Numbered from the stretch's first letter, positions 28,795 through 39,162 are shown. The stretch is DNA of 64,000 nucleotides from Candidatus Doudnabacteria bacterium RIFCSPHIGHO2_12_FULL_48_16 (GCA_001780035.1 MFEY01000005.1:40354-104353), one strand, 5' to 3'. Program-made: numbers and translations. Notes: generated by a model from the sequence alone, not told the origin.

Positions 28795-30102
28795 ATGTTA
28801 TCCTCACGGAAACAAAAACCAAATAACAAACTATACCGCCTGTTTTCCGCCTTCCTGATTGCCGGCGTTTTCTTGGTTATGGGCGCCCGACCCTCCATTT
28901 TGGCTCAAACCGCCACTGATTTGCAGCAGCAAAAAGCCGCCAAGCAGGCGCAACTGAATGCCATTGAAGCCAAAATTGCCGATTACCAGCGACAAATCAA
29001 AGAAACCCAGGGTCAGCTGAACAATTTGGCCAACCAAATAAAAATTTTGAACCTGCAAATTGCCCAGACCGAAGCCCAGATCGAAGCCACCGAAGGCAAA
29101 ATCGACGCCGCGAATTTGGAAATTGCGGATGTCACAAACAAAATCATCCAGACGGAAAAGAATATCAATAAGCAAAAGGCAATTCTGAAATCTTTGATTT
29201 TGGAAATTAACGATCTGGATCAGCGTAGCCCGCTCGAGATCGCGCTTGAGAACGATAATTTTTCCGAATTTTTGGACCAAGTCCAATATACTACCAGTAT
29301 CCAAGAGCAAAGCCAGGAGGCTTTGACCAAAATCAAGGAATTGAAAGTTGATTTGGATGAGCGCCAGGCTGATCTGAAAGTTGAAAAAGCCAAATTGGAT
29401 ACGCTCCTGAGCCAGCTGGACCTAACCAAGGTTAGCTTGGGCGGCGAGCAGAAAGGCAAACAACAGCTCTTAGATCAAACCCGGGGTCAGGAACGGGTTT
29501 ACCAGCGCCTGCTGACCGACTCAGAAGCACAGGAAAAAGCTTTAAACGATGAAATCAATAATCTTGATGCCCTGATTGCGGCGAAGTTGGGCAATAAAAA
29601 ACTAAAGGCGATTCACGGTCTGCTTGGCTGGCCGATGGATGGAATCATGACCCAAGGGTATGGCAACACAGGCTTTACCGCGCTAGGCTATAGTTTTCAT
29701 AACGGCATCGACGTGGCCGCGGCCGCCAACACGCCGATCTATGCGGCCGGCGATGGCACAGTGGCAGCCAGCGGCACGGGCGGCGGCGCTTATGGCAACT
29801 GGGTCGCCATTCGCCACGATACGGGGAAATTTCTCGCGCATCCGATTGTGACGCTCTACGGCCATATGTCGTCATTTGTCGTCCACAATGGCCAGGTGCT
29901 CAAGCAAGGCGATTTGGTCGGATTTGAAGGCAACACCGGCAATACAACCCGGCTGCTTTATGGCCCGCACCGGGGGTATCATATTCACTTTACTGTGTTT
30001 GATGCGGAAGGATTCGGCGTCGCCAACGGTGCATACCCAAATATTTATGGCCCATACAAGGTTCCATACGGCGCGCCATACAATCCTCTCGATTTCCTGT
30101 AA
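28795..30102 (+). CDS. M23 family metallopeptidase with N-terminal coiled coil (EnvC-like)
   Basis: Q/L/K-rich coiled coil, then YGHMSSF...GNTGNTT...HIHF, the M23 signature. Confidence 0.85.
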   Translation: MLSSRKQKPNNKLYRLFSAFLIAGVFLVMGARPSILAQTATDLQQQKAAKQAQLNAIEAKIADYQRQIKETQGQLNNLANQIKILNLQIAQTEAQIEATEGKIDAANLEIADVTNKIIQTEKNINKQKAILKSLILEINDLDQRSPLEIALENDNFSEFLDQVQYTTSIQEQSQEALTKIKELKVDLDERQADLKVEKAKLDTLLSQLDLTKVSLGGEQKGKQQLLDQTRGQERVYQRLLTDSEAQEKALNDEINNLDALIAAKLGNKKLKAIHGLLGWPMDGIMTQGYGNTGFTALGYSFHNGIDVAAAANTPIYAAGDGTVAASGTGGGAYGNWVAIRHDTGKFLAHPIVTLYGHMSSFVVHNGQVLKQGDLVGFEGNTGNTTRLLYGPHRGYHIHFTVFDAEGFGVANGAYPNIYGPYKVPYGAPYNPLDFL

Positions 30103-30126
30103 AAGAGGGGAGTAGCTTAATTTGTC

Positions 30127-30154
30127 AAACACCCCAGACCCGTCTGGGGTGTTT
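30127..30154 (+). terminator. intrinsic terminator (member of repeated terminator family)
   Basis: aaacaccccagac-ccg-tctggggtgttt followed by aaatttg. Both flanks match the terminator at 36128. Confidence 0.6.
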
Positions 30155-30330
30155 AAATTTGTTCAAAATCCCGCGCCATTTTGCTACATTTAAAAGTAAT
30201 TGCTTAATTTGAAATGTCCGCAGCAATGGCGCGAATGTTATACGGCGTATTTAACCAGTGATAAATATTATACGTCGTAGAAGATACAATGTGCGACGTG
30301 CTGTTTGTTTCTGAATGGGGCTCCCCTGGG

Positions 30331-31080
30331 CTACTTCTCAACCACAATCATGGCCTTGGGCCGGCCTGTTTGGTCTTCGTGATACCCCGTCTTGTAATCG
30401 ACAAGGGCATTAAAGAAAATATTGTAGCTATATCTGTAGCCTTTGCCATTGCGTGTGCCAGGATCATTGGTTATGACTTGTTTCTTCGCCTCATCGTATC
30501 CTATAACCACGAGCATATGCGTCAGTGGCCCGGCACCGGTGAAATTAGGGTTATTGAGCTTCTGGCCATTGGCCGGAGTAATGACTAACTTCCCTGCCGC
30601 CAGTTCTTTTTTGATGTCTTCTATAGTGATCCCTGACTTTACAGTATGGTTATCGTAGTGATAATAATCCGTCATGAGCTTGGCCGTATCGGCTGCGCCC
30701 AGGTCCAGGTAGTTACCATAAGTTTCTTTTTCAAACTCAGACATGGCAATAATGGTTTTTTCCGCTTCAGAAGCTGAGATGGAAGTTTTCCCTTGGGTCC
30801 AGGCGTAGGCCATGATCAACGAAGCCTCTTCGCAACCATCCTGTTGGCGCGGATCAGACCAGTTGGCCGTCGGCGCTTGGGCAGTAAAAGGCACGGTCAA
30901 GAGGACATAACCCGGCAAGGCGCTCGCCTGCCCGGCCGGAGTTGACGGGCTTTGGCTAGCGGGACTCGTTTCGTTCTTGGGTTGATCCTTGGGCTGATCA
31001 TTTGGTTTGGGTTTGAATATCAAAACCGCTGCCAAAGCCAGAGCGACCATGATCAAAATTGTTAAATTGATTTTTTTCAT
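30331..31080 (-). CDS. secreted C39-like (BtrH/YvpB-type) cysteine peptidase domain protein
   Basis: Signal peptide, a Cys in QQDGCEEAS and a His in THMLVVIGYD. Confidence 0.55.
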   Translation of the reverse strand: MKKINLTILIMVALALAAVLIFKPKPNDQPKDQPKNETSPASQSPSTPAGQASALPGYVLLTVPFTAQAPTANWSDPRQQDGCEEASLIMAYAWTQGKTSISASEAEKTIIAMSEFEKETYGNYLDLGAADTAKLMTDYYHYDNHTVKSGITIEDIKKELAAGKLVITPANGQKLNNPNFTGAGPLTHMLVVIGYDEAKKQVITNDPGTRNGKGYRYSYNIFFNALVDYKTGYHEDQTGRPKAMIVVEK

Positions 31081-31176
31081 CCCGTTATGATTAGTTAAAT
31101 TTAATTAACATTTTATGGCGCTGCATTGATTATAATTTATTAGTATATTGCCCGCTATGTCAAATGTCTAACGGGA
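31080..31176. repeat. inverted-repeat element, copy D
   Basis: tcccgttatga at 31080-31090 pairs with gtctaacggga at 31166-31176. It fills the intergenic gap exactly, and the left TIR abuts the ATG of the C39 peptidase gene. Confidence 0.55.
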
Positions 31177-31177
31177 T

Positions 31178-32335
31178 TCATCTGCGCAACTGCTTAATTA
31201 TTTTAGTTAATATATTCACGGCGGATTTAATTTCCGACGGCTTGGTATTCTGCCCGAGCGTCAATCTGATTGTGGCGGCATCGGCTTGGCCGATTTTGCC
31301 CAGCGCCTCGATGACATGGGACGGCACGGATGAGCCGGAGACGCAGGCCGAACCGGTAGAGGCGGCAATGCCAGCTAGATCCAAAGCGGTCATCAGGGCA
31401 TCCTGGTCGACTCCATAAACAGTCAGGCTGGCATTGTTGGCGGCCCGCTCCTCCCCTGTCGGGCCATTTAATTCAACGTTTTTGATTCTTAGAGCGTTAT
31501 CAATCAGCAAATCGCGCAGCGTGGAAATTTTTCGCGCTTGATCCTGCCGATTTTCCAATGGGCCCAACAGCTCGATGGCTTTGGCAAAGCCCATAATTCC
31601 AGCGGTATTTTGGGTCCCGGGGCGTTTGCCGTATTCCTGTGAGCCGCCAAACGTCAGATTTGCCAGTTTAAGGCCGGATTTGATGTAGAGGGCTCCTATT
31701 CCCTTCGGGCCATAAATTTTGTGCGCGGACAGTGTTAAAAGGTCGCAGCCGAGTTTTTCCACGTTGCAATTGTAAAACTGGGCGGCCTGGACCGCGTCGA
31801 CGTGGAAGATAGGTTTGAGGCCCTTGATTGATTGGCCGATTTCTCGGATCGGCAAAATGGTACCGATTTCGTTGGAAACAAAAATCACGCTCACAAGCTC
31901 GGTATTTTTTTTCACGGCTTTTAAAATTTGATCCGGCCTAATTTTGCCGTTTTTGTCCGGCTTGACGAAGGTGGCCTCAATCACTCCCCTCTTTTCGAGT
32001 TCCTTAACCGTATTGTAAACGGATTGGTGTTCAAGTTGCGTGGTCACGACGTGCGGTTTGGATTTATTTTTTTGAACCGCATAATTGATAACGCCTTGAG
32101 TGGCCAGGTTGTTGGCTTCGGTTGCCCCGGAGGTGAAAACAATTTCCTGCGGTTTGGCGTTTAGAAATTTGCCAACTGCAGCGCGCGCAAAGTCAATTTT
32201 AGCTCGCGCATTCTGACCTTCCCGGTGGGAGGAACTCGGATTGCCAAAGTGCTGCAATTCAAAATCCCGCATGTGTTGGGCAACGTGCGGGTTGACCGGG
32301 GTTGTGGCAGCATGGTCCAAATAGATTCGTCTCAT
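31178..32335 (-). CDS. cysteine desulfurase (NifS/IscS family)
   Basis: MRRIYLDHAATTP N-terminus and the PLP-lysine context SAHKIYGPKGIGALY. The track start at 32428 is probably an over-extension. Confidence 0.9.
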   Translation of the reverse strand: MRRIYLDHAATTPVNPHVAQHMRDFELQHFGNPSSSHREGQNARAKIDFARAAVGKFLNAKPQEIVFTSGATEANNLATQGVINYAVQKNKSKPHVVTTQLEHQSVYNTVKELEKRGVIEATFVKPDKNGKIRPDQILKAVKKNTELVSVIFVSNEIGTILPIREIGQSIKGLKPIFHVDAVQAAQFYNCNVEKLGCDLLTLSAHKIYGPKGIGALYIKSGLKLANLTFGGSQEYGKRPGTQNTAGIMGFAKAIELLGPLENRQDQARKISTLRDLLIDNALRIKNVELNGPTGEERAANNASLTVYGVDQDALMTALDLAGIAASTGSACVSGSSVPSHVIEALGKIGQADAATIRLTLGQNTKPSEIKSAVNILTKIIKQLRR

Positions 32336-32351
32336 CAGAGGTATTTTAGCA

Positions 32352-32813
32352 TTGACCGTGAATAAAGAAAATGCTATGATTTTTTGTTCCCCAAACGGAG
32401 GAACAAGGCGCCAGGGAGAGCGCCACACAATGCTGAGAATAATGGTAATCCGTCCGGTGCATCAGCCGATTACGGCGGACGCGGTCCCCTGTGGCTGCGG
32501 TGGGAGCCGGAGCCACGGCTACGTCCGGATGCGGCAGGAAGATCGGAAATTCGGACCCTTCTACTCCGTCGAGGCCGGATCGGACCTGGTGGAAGCGCTG
32601 GCCGAGGGAGCGGTGATCAACGCGGAAACCGACGCCTACATTCGCCGGCAGCTGGAGGTGTTCCACATGCCGGATCTGCGGATCGACAGCGACGAGCGGG
32701 CCAAGAAACAGGTAGCGCTCCAGGTGCAGATAGCCGAGGGGCTTGCCCTGATGCGGAGGATCGCGGCCGGGTTCGATCGCAGTGGCAGTTGGTCTGGCTC
32801 GGGACGCTTCTAG
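32352..32813 (+). CDS. hypothetical protein in GC-rich patch (doubtful)
   Basis: 153-aa ORF in a visibly GC-rich 0.5-kb patch, with ORFs on both strands. No family recognised. Confidence 0.25.
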   Translation: MTVNKENAMIFCSPNGGTRRQGERHTMLRIMVIRPVHQPITADAVPCGCGGSRSHGYVRMRQEDRKFGPFYSVEAGSDLVEALAEGAVINAETDAYIRRQLEVFHMPDLRIDSDERAKKQVALQVQIAEGLALMRRIAAGFDRSGSWSGSGRF

Positions 32814-32873
32814 CGCTCTCGTAGACGTGAACACAGGATGGGTCCGCTGGGCTCATCCTGTTCATTATTTATA

Positions 32874-33230
32874 TTATCTTAAAGCTTTTCTGAAACCCGC
32901 AGCCTGGGCGGCGGACTCGGTTGCAAAGCAGGTCAGTGCGTTAAGCTTATCATATCCGGATTGTCCGGGCACATGGTAAATTCGCGAGCTCGGCGTGCCT
33001 TTGATTTTGCATTCCGCGCTGTTGGTTTCTGATTGTAAACCTGACACGGTTGGAGTATAATTACTCTCAGCAGATACGTTTTGCTCCAGCCTGATTTCCG
33101 GGCCTTTTTCTTGAACGGTTGCCAGCTGACCGAGAGCAAAGCCAATCGAGGCAACCAGGAGATAGCCGATCGCGAGGACAATTGCCTGCTGACGGGTTTT
33201 GATAAACAGTTTTATTTTTTCCATATGCAA
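32874..33230 (-). CDS. membrane-anchored protein with Ada-type metal-binding-like domain
   Basis: An N-terminal TM helix and C-terminal C..IYHVPG..Y....CF.TE.AA.AAGFR, which resembles the Ada N-terminal Zn-binding motif. Confidence 0.4.
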   Translation of the reverse strand: MHMEKIKLFIKTRQQAIVLAIGYLLVASIGFALGQLATVQEKGPEIRLEQNVSAESNYTPTVSGLQSETNSAECKIKGTPSSRIYHVPGQSGYDKLNALTCFATESAAQAAGFRKALR

Positions 33231-33261
33231 TATGCGTTTATCCTAGGGAGGGTTTATACTT

Positions 33262-34583
33262 TGTCCTTGGCCGAAATTCTCAAGGTCTTGCAGGCTTTGG
33301 GCGTGGGGCACAAAATTCTGGCTTGCTCCCCCGAGGTCGTGGTCATCGAAACCGACAAAGCCTTAAAACCCGAAGAACTGCAGCCGCGCCTGGGCGGTGT
33401 TATCAAAATTATACGACTTTTTGACACTTTTCAAAAGAAGGGCAAGGAATTCCCTTCCCAGGTTCTGGGCAGTTACTTCACCTTTAAGCGCATCAAGGAA
33501 TATTTTCACGAATATTCCGGCAAGAAGCAGTTCGGCGTTTCAATTTACAGTTTGGATCCGACAGTTCGATTTCGCGAAGAAGCCCAGCGCGTGGCTTTCC
33601 TGATCAAAAAAGTTTTACAGGACGAAACCCAAAGCGTTCGGGCCGTCCTGCCGCAGTTTCCCTCCCAGGCGCTGACCTCGGTGCAGGTCAACGAAAATCA
33701 TATTTTGGAAAAAGGCGCTGAGGTAGTAGTCATTAGTGGCAACCAAAGATTATTTATCGGCAAGACCATCACTGTGCAAAATTATGAGGACTACGGGCGC
33801 CGGGATTATCAGCGGCCAGCTCGTGATGAAAAAGTCGGTATGATTCCACCCAAGGTCGCGCAGACCATGATTAATTTCGCCCAGCCGCTCAAGCCTCTCG
33901 ATTATATCCTTGATCCGTTCTGCGGCTGCGGCACGGTGTTGCAGGAAGCTATCTATATGGGCTATCGCGCTATCGGCGCGGATCTGGAGCAGAAAATGGT
34001 GGAAAATAGCGAGAAGAACCTTGAGTGGTTCCGAAACCGCTACCACGTTTCGCCGGGCCGCTACAAGTTGTTTAAATCAAATGCGGCGGAAATTTCGATT
34101 ATCCTCCCCAATTATCAGGTTGCGGCCGTGGTCACCGAAGGCACCCTGGGCCCGATCTATAGCAAGTTACCAAAAAAGCCGGAGATGACGGAAAATTTTA
34201 AAACCTTAAGCAAGCTCTATGATCAGGTTTTCAAGGAATTTAAAAAATTCCTGACCGAGGGGGCGCGGGTTGTGATCTGCCTGCCGGCCTATAAAGTCAG
34301 CGCTACAGACTACGCCTTTCTGCCCGATCTTGACTTTGCGACCCAAAACGGGTATACTGTCTTGGATCCCCTGCCCGATTTTTTGGTCAAAAAATACCGC
34401 TTCCTCAAAGTCACGGAACGCAAATCCTGCGTCTATGACCGGCGAGATCAGATCGTGGCGCGCGAGATTGTTATATTTCAATATGGAACTAACGATTCGA
34501 ATCAAGTATTAACCGAAGATCGTAATAGCAACCCCGCGGGTGAAGACGAGAATTCGGAACTAACCGAAAACAATGGCGCATAA
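33262..34583 (+). CDS. class I SAM-dependent methyltransferase (UPF0020/putative RNA methylase-like)
   Basis: [13 protein letters not shown] is SAM-binding motif I. The probable start is TTG 33262 with a GGGAGGG SD 10 nt upstream. An in-frame ATG at 33225 is the alternative. Confidence 0.55.
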
Positions 34584-34863
34584 GAAAGCCGGCGGCTCCA
34601 CAGCTTTAGGCCGCGACTCACAATCCAAGCGATTAGGCATCAAGAAATTTGGCGGCCAGACCGCCGAGATTGGCAATATCATAGTCCGCCAGCGCGGGAC
34701 CAAGTGGCACCCGGGCAAGAATGTCCGCATCGGCGGCGATGATTCCATCTATGCCGTGGCAGTCGGAATCGTTAAATTCACTTCCAAGAAAGTCCGCGGG
34801 TTTGATGGTAATCTGCATTTACGTAGGTTCGTCCACGTCCTGCCCGCAGAAGCCAAGAAATAA
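34573..34863 (+). CDS. rpmA: 50S ribosomal protein L27
   Basis: [28 protein letters not shown]...[10 protein letters not shown]. Confidence 0.9.
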   Translation: MAHKKAGGSTALGRDSQSKRLGIKKFGGQTAEIGNIIVRQRGTKWHPGKNVRIGGDDSIYAVAVGIVKFTSKKVRGFDGNLHLRRFVHVLPAEAKK

Positions 34864-34880
34864 TTATATAGTTCGAAGAC

Positions 34881-34903
34881 AACCCCGCCTCTGGCGGGGT
34901 TTT
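34881..34903 (+). terminator. intrinsic terminator after rpmA
   Basis: aaccccgcc-tctg-gcggggtt followed by ttg. Confidence 0.6.
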
Positions 34904-34965
34904 GAGTTGCTTAAATTTTATCCCGGTGCTTTAATAACCTTAGGTATTAATTTAGAGCAAGTTAT

Positions 34966-36108
34966 ATGAAAAAATTTAAAGTATTCGGTCTTGCAGCGGT
35001 CGTGTTGGCATTGGCCGCTTCTCCGGTTCTGGCCGCGGAGTTTATTGCGCCGGAAAGCAAAACAGATGCCAATATCTCGACTCTGCAGCAGGACGTGCAT
35101 AAAAATCTTTATATTGCGGGCGCCGCGGTGACGATCAACGGCAAAATCCAGGGCGACCTGGCTGCGGCTGGCGGCGTCGTGACTGTGAACGGTGATGTCG
35201 AAAAAGGCCTATTGCTCGCCGGCGGCAATCTGAATCTCAACGCTGCTGTGGGTGAAAATGCCCGCATCGCCGGCGGCAATGTTTCCATCAATGCTCCGGT
35301 CGGCGGCGATTTGCTGGTCGGCGGCGGGAACATTACAATTGCCCAAAAAGCCAAAGTGGGTGGCGATCTTGTTATCGGCGGGGGCAATGTCTTGCTGGAC
35401 GCGGATGTGGCCGGCAATGTGAAAATCGGCGGGGGCAATGTTACAATCAATGGCAAAGTCAGCGGCAACGTCGAGGTTATGGCCAATCAAAATCTAACGT
35501 TCGGCCCGGCCAGTCAGGTTCTGGGGAAAGTTAGCTTCAAGGGTCCGCAGGAAGCGGTAGTCAAACCAGGCGCGAAGGTGGGCGTGATTACTTACACTCA
35601 TATCAACAAGCGAGTGGCCCACCGGAGCGGCATAATCGGATTGTTGATCATTGGCAGCTTGTTTAAACTGATTATGCTGCTGGTTGCGGCCGTAGTTTTG
35701 GCCTGGCTCTTGCCCAGTAAGATTTCAGCCGTTGTCGCCGAAGCCAAAGCCAAGCCCTGGCACAGCCTAGGATTCGGGGTCTTGGTGGTAATTCTCTCCC
35801 CCATCTTGGGAGTGATTCTGATGGCAACGGTTCTGGGGATTTATCTGGGAATGATTGTGTTTATGATCTTTGGCCTGCTTATGATTATTTCGGCCATTCT
35901 CTCTCTGTTCTATGTCGGTAACCAGGTTTGGAGCTGGTATCACCGCGATGCAATCGCCAATCGCTGGCGCGATCTAGGGCTTGGCGCGCTGATCACGCTG
36001 ATTCTCGGGTTTATCCCGATCGTGGGCTGGGTAATCCTCCTGGTCATCTGGCTCATTACGCTGGGGGCGCTTAAAAGATACACTTATCAGGAAGCCTTCG
36101 GTAAATAA
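34966..36108 (+). CDS. secreted/membrane protein with beta-helical GGN repeats (bactofilin/DUF4097-like) and C-terminal TM domain
   Basis: Signal peptide, a repeated xGGNVxIN/VGGDLxV pattern, and four C-terminal TM helices. Confidence 0.5.
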   Translation: MKKFKVFGLAAVVLALAASPVLAAEFIAPESKTDANISTLQQDVHKNLYIAGAAVTINGKIQGDLAAAGGVVTVNGDVEKGLLLAGGNLNLNAAVGENARIAGGNVSINAPVGGDLLVGGGNITIAQKAKVGGDLVIGGGNVLLDADVAGNVKIGGGNVTINGKVSGNVEVMANQNLTFGPASQVLGKVSFKGPQEAVVKPGAKVGVITYTHINKRVAHRSGIIGLLIIGSLFKLIMLLVAAVVLAWLLPSKISAVVAEAKAKPWHSLGFGVLVVILSPILGVILMATVLGIYLGMIVFMIFGLLMIISAILSLFYVGNQVWSWYHRDAIANRWRDLGLGALITLILGFIPIVGWVILLVIWLITLGALKRYTYQEAFGK

Positions 36109-36127
36109 GGCAAAAACTAAACACCCC

Positions 36128-36161
36128 GTCTCTCGCGAGAGGCGGGGTGTTTAAATTTGAT
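36128..36161. terminator. bidirectional intrinsic terminator (convergent genes)
   Basis: aaacaccccgtctctcgcgagaggcggggtgttt hairpin with a self-complementary ctcgcgag core. It abuts the pyrG stop codon. Confidence 0.6.
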
Positions 36162-37793
36162 CTATTTTTTAATGCTGGCTTTTATAAATTCACAGAATAA
36201 TGGGCCAGGGTTTAAGGGCCTTGATTTAAATTCCGGGTGGAATTGCACGCCCAGGAAGAACGGATGATCGGCCAACTCGACGATTTCCACCAGGTGGCCA
36301 TCGGGTGTGGTGCCGGAAAAGATCATGCCGGCGGCTTCAAACTGCTTGCGGTATTTGTTATTAAATTCATAGCGATGGCGGTGGCGCTCGGAAATCTTGC
36401 GCGCGCCATAGGCTTTTTCTGCGATTGAACCGGGCTTGAGGACACAGTCCCAGGCACCGAGGCGCATGGTGCCGCCGTATTCTTTTTTCAAAAGCTTCTT
36501 TTCCTGATCCGGCATGATATGAATCACCGGATGAGGAGTTTCGTCATCAACCTCCACGGTGTGGGCGTTTTTGAGCTTCAGCACATTGCGCGCGAACTCG
36601 ATGGTCGCCATCTGCATGCCATAGCACAGTCCCAGATAAGGAATCTTGTTCTCACGGGCGTAAGTGATGGCCTGAATCATGCCTTCCACTCCTCGCTTGC
36701 CGAAGCCGGGCGTAATCACAATCCCATGCATATCGTCGAGGTGCTTTTCGGCGCCGTCCTTCTCGATTTTTTCGGAGTCGATCCAGTGCAGCACCGGTTT
36801 GGCCTTGTTATGCCAGCTGCCGTGCTTGAGAGCTTCAATAATCGAAACATAAACATCGGCGAGGTTGTAATTGCCGGTGCCGAAGTATTTGCCAACCACG
36901 CCGATATGAACTTCTTTTTTGACCGTTTTCATGGTCCGGACCAGATTTTTCCATGGCTGCAGGTCTTTGCGGCCGGGCGGCAGCTTGAGTTTTTCCAGGA
37001 TTTTCTCGCCAAAGCTCTGGTTCTGCAATCCCAGGGGCACTTCGTAAATTGAGGGTAGATCCGGGTTGGAAATCACGTCTTCTTTGCGGACGTTGCAAAA
37101 CAGAGCGATGCGCTCCTTGCGCTTGTCGTCTACGGCGTGTTCGGCGCGTGCCACCACAAAATCCGGCTCAATCCCCAGCGAGTTGAGCAGCCGCACCGAC
37201 TGCTGCACGGGTTTGGATTTCATTTCCCCGAGATTGCTAGGGATCGGCAGATAGGCGACGTGAACCTGGATGACATCGCCGGGCGCACGAAGTTTCATGA
37301 GCCGGGAAGCTTCGAAGAAAATGCCGTTTTGATATTCGCCCACGGTGCCACCCAGTTCAATGATAACCACGTCGGCATCCTTGCCCGCGAGTTTAAACCG
37401 CCGGATAATTTCATCGGTAATGTGCGGAATGGCTTCTACGTCCTCGCCGTTATATTCAAAAGCCCGTTCCTTGCGTAAAACTTCGGAATAAACCTGGCCG
37501 GTGGTAATATAGTTTACCCGGCTCAGATCCCGGCCCAGAAACCGCTCGTAGTGGCCGAGGTCTTGGTCGGTTTCGACCCCATCATTGGTCACGAAAACCT
37601 CACCGTGCTCCTGGGGCCGGATAGTGCCAGCGTCCAAGTTGAGATACATATCCACCTTGACCGGCGAAACTTTATAGCCTTTGCTTTTTAAAATGGCGGC
37701 AATTGATGCCGCTGTAATGCCCTTGCCGAGACCCGAAATGACTCCCCCGGAAACAAAGATATATTTGGTGCTGCGTTTGAGTTTGGCGCTCAT
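36162..37793 (-). CDS. pyrG: CTP synthase
   Basis: YIFVSGGVISGLGKGITAASIA N-terminus and a C-terminal GATase domain (GLCYGMQ). Confidence 0.95.
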   Translation of the reverse strand: MSAKLKRSTKYIFVSGGVISGLGKGITAASIAAILKSKGYKVSPVKVDMYLNLDAGTIRPQEHGEVFVTNDGVETDQDLGHYERFLGRDLSRVNYITTGQVYSEVLRKERAFEYNGEDVEAIPHITDEIIRRFKLAGKDADVVIIELGGTVGEYQNGIFFEASRLMKLRAPGDVIQVHVAYLPIPSNLGEMKSKPVQQSVRLLNSLGIEPDFVVARAEHAVDDKRKERIALFCNVRKEDVISNPDLPSIYEVPLGLQNQSFGEKILEKLKLPPGRKDLQPWKNLVRTMKTVKKEVHIGVVGKYFGTGNYNLADVYVSIIEALKHGSWHNKAKPVLHWIDSEKIEKDGAEKHLDDMHGIVITPGFGKRGVEGMIQAITYARENKIPYLGLCYGMQMATIEFARNVLKLKNAHTVEVDDETPHPVIHIMPDQEKKLLKKEYGGTMRLGAWDCVLKPGSIAEKAYGARKISERHRHRYEFNNKYRKQFEAAGMIFSGTTPDGHLVEIVELADHPFFLGVQFHPEFKSRPLNPGPLFCEFIKASIKK

Positions 37794-38233
37794 AGTGCTG
37801 TTATCTTCAACCTAATTTTAAAATTAATTGTTTCGTTCAATTTTATTAAAACTTCGTGCAATCCCAGATGCTTGATCGGTTTTTCGATCACAATCTTATT
37901 CGCGTCCAGGCTGTCCGGGAATTTTTGATTTATCGCGCTGGCGATTTCATCTTCGTGGACGGCCGCAAATAAACTGTTGCTGGAGGCCCGCGCCTTAATT
38001 TCAAATTCCTGATGGCTGAGTTTGTTTTTGAGCTGTTGCTGGAATTCCTGGATCCGGGTAACTTTGGCTTGTTTTTCTTTCTCTTCCTTCTGGACTTTGG
38101 TCAAGACTTCTGTCGTGGCCGGCAGGGCCAGATGCCGAGGAATGAGGAAGTTTCTCGCATGGCCATCGGAGACATCCTTGACGTCGCCCGTTCGGCCCAG
38201 CCCTTTGACATCCTTAGTCAGAAGTATTTTCAT
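37790..38233 (-). CDS. rplI: 50S ribosomal protein L9
   Basis: MKILLTKDVKGLGRTGDVKDVSDGHARNFLIP. Confidence 0.85.
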   Translation of the reverse strand: MKILLTKDVKGLGRTGDVKDVSDGHARNFLIPRHLALPATTEVLTKVQKEEKEKQAKVTRIQEFQQQLKNKLSHQEFEIKARASSNSLFAAVHEDEIASAINQKFPDSLDANKIVIEKPIKHLGLHEVLIKLNETINFKIRLKITAL

Positions 38234-38243
38234 ACTACAATCA

Positions 38244-39161
38244 TTATACCTTCAAGTAGCGGCGCATGGCAATACTGGAAGCAATGGCCGAAAGGACAAT
38301 GCTGGCGGCGAGATTCACCAGCAGGATGCGCCAGAACAGAGCGCTGATCAGGCTGGAGCCCAGAACCTGAATTGAAAGGAATTGCTCAATCCGGCCGGAC
38401 AGCAGAATCAGCAGAATCAGGATAATGAGCGAAGTTAGAACCGTGGCGATCAGGGAATAAAGAATGCCCTCGATCATAAACGGCCAGCGGATATACCAGT
38501 TGGTGGCGCCGACGAGGCGCATGATCTCCACTTCCTCCCGGCGGTTGTAGATCGTGAGGCGGATGGTATTGAAAGTTACCATAACAGTTACGACCATAAA
38601 GATGGCGGCCAGGAGGATGCCGAACCTGGTAATGAACTGGATGATCCGATAAAGCTTGTTGATGACCGTCTGGTTGTCGCGGACATTTTGAAAGTAAGGC
38701 GCGTAGCGCTGGCCCTTGAGGGTGTCGTAAATTCGGGAATAATCGGTCAGATCGTAAGCCTTCACCGCAATGGAACCGGTTAAGGGGTTTTCAGCGTCGG
38801 TAAATTCATTTAAGCTCTCAATCCAGTTGGGTTCGTTTTGGTGGATCAGCTTAAACTGCGCGATCGCTTCTTCTTTGGTCGTGTAATTGACTTCCCTCAC
38901 GCCCTCTAGGCCTTTTATTTCCGTAATGACGTTCTGGACTTCCTTATCCGTGGTTTGCTGGTTGAAATACGCGGTCACCACGCCAATCTTATCTGTGGAA
39001 TTTTGGATGGCGACCGAGGTTAAAGCATAAAGGACAATTATTATGGAAATAATAAACAAGGTAATGGCGACCATGGAAGTGGCCGCGATTGAAATCCAAA
39101 TGTTCCGCAGAAAATTTGTTAAACCCGATTTAATCAAGCGTTTCGTCTCCAAGGTTGTCAT
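38244..39161 (-). CDS. ftsX: cell division ABC transporter permease FtsX
   Basis: FtsX topology and the FtsX C-terminal motif region, directly downstream of ftsE. Confidence 0.85.
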   Translation of the reverse strand: MTTLETKRLIKSGLTNFLRNIWISIAATSMVAITLFIISIIIVLYALTSVAIQNSTDKIGVVTAYFNQQTTDKEVQNVITEIKGLEGVREVNYTTKEEAIAQFKLIHQNEPNWIESLNEFTDAENPLTGSIAVKAYDLTDYSRIYDTLKGQRYAPYFQNVRDNQTVINKLYRIIQFITRFGILLAAIFMVVTVMVTFNTIRLTIYNRREEVEIMRLVGATNWYIRWPFMIEGILYSLIATVLTSLIILILLILLSGRIEQFLSIQVLGSSLISALFWRILLVNLAASIVLSAIASSIAMRRYLKV

Positions 39162-39162
39162 A

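Noticed and set aside
25545-30935. Identical 15-mer cgcctgcccggccgg in fmt and the C39 peptidase gene
   Set aside because: In 64 kb on two strands a few identical 15-mers are expected by chance. I use it only as weak support for the GC-hairpin insert class.
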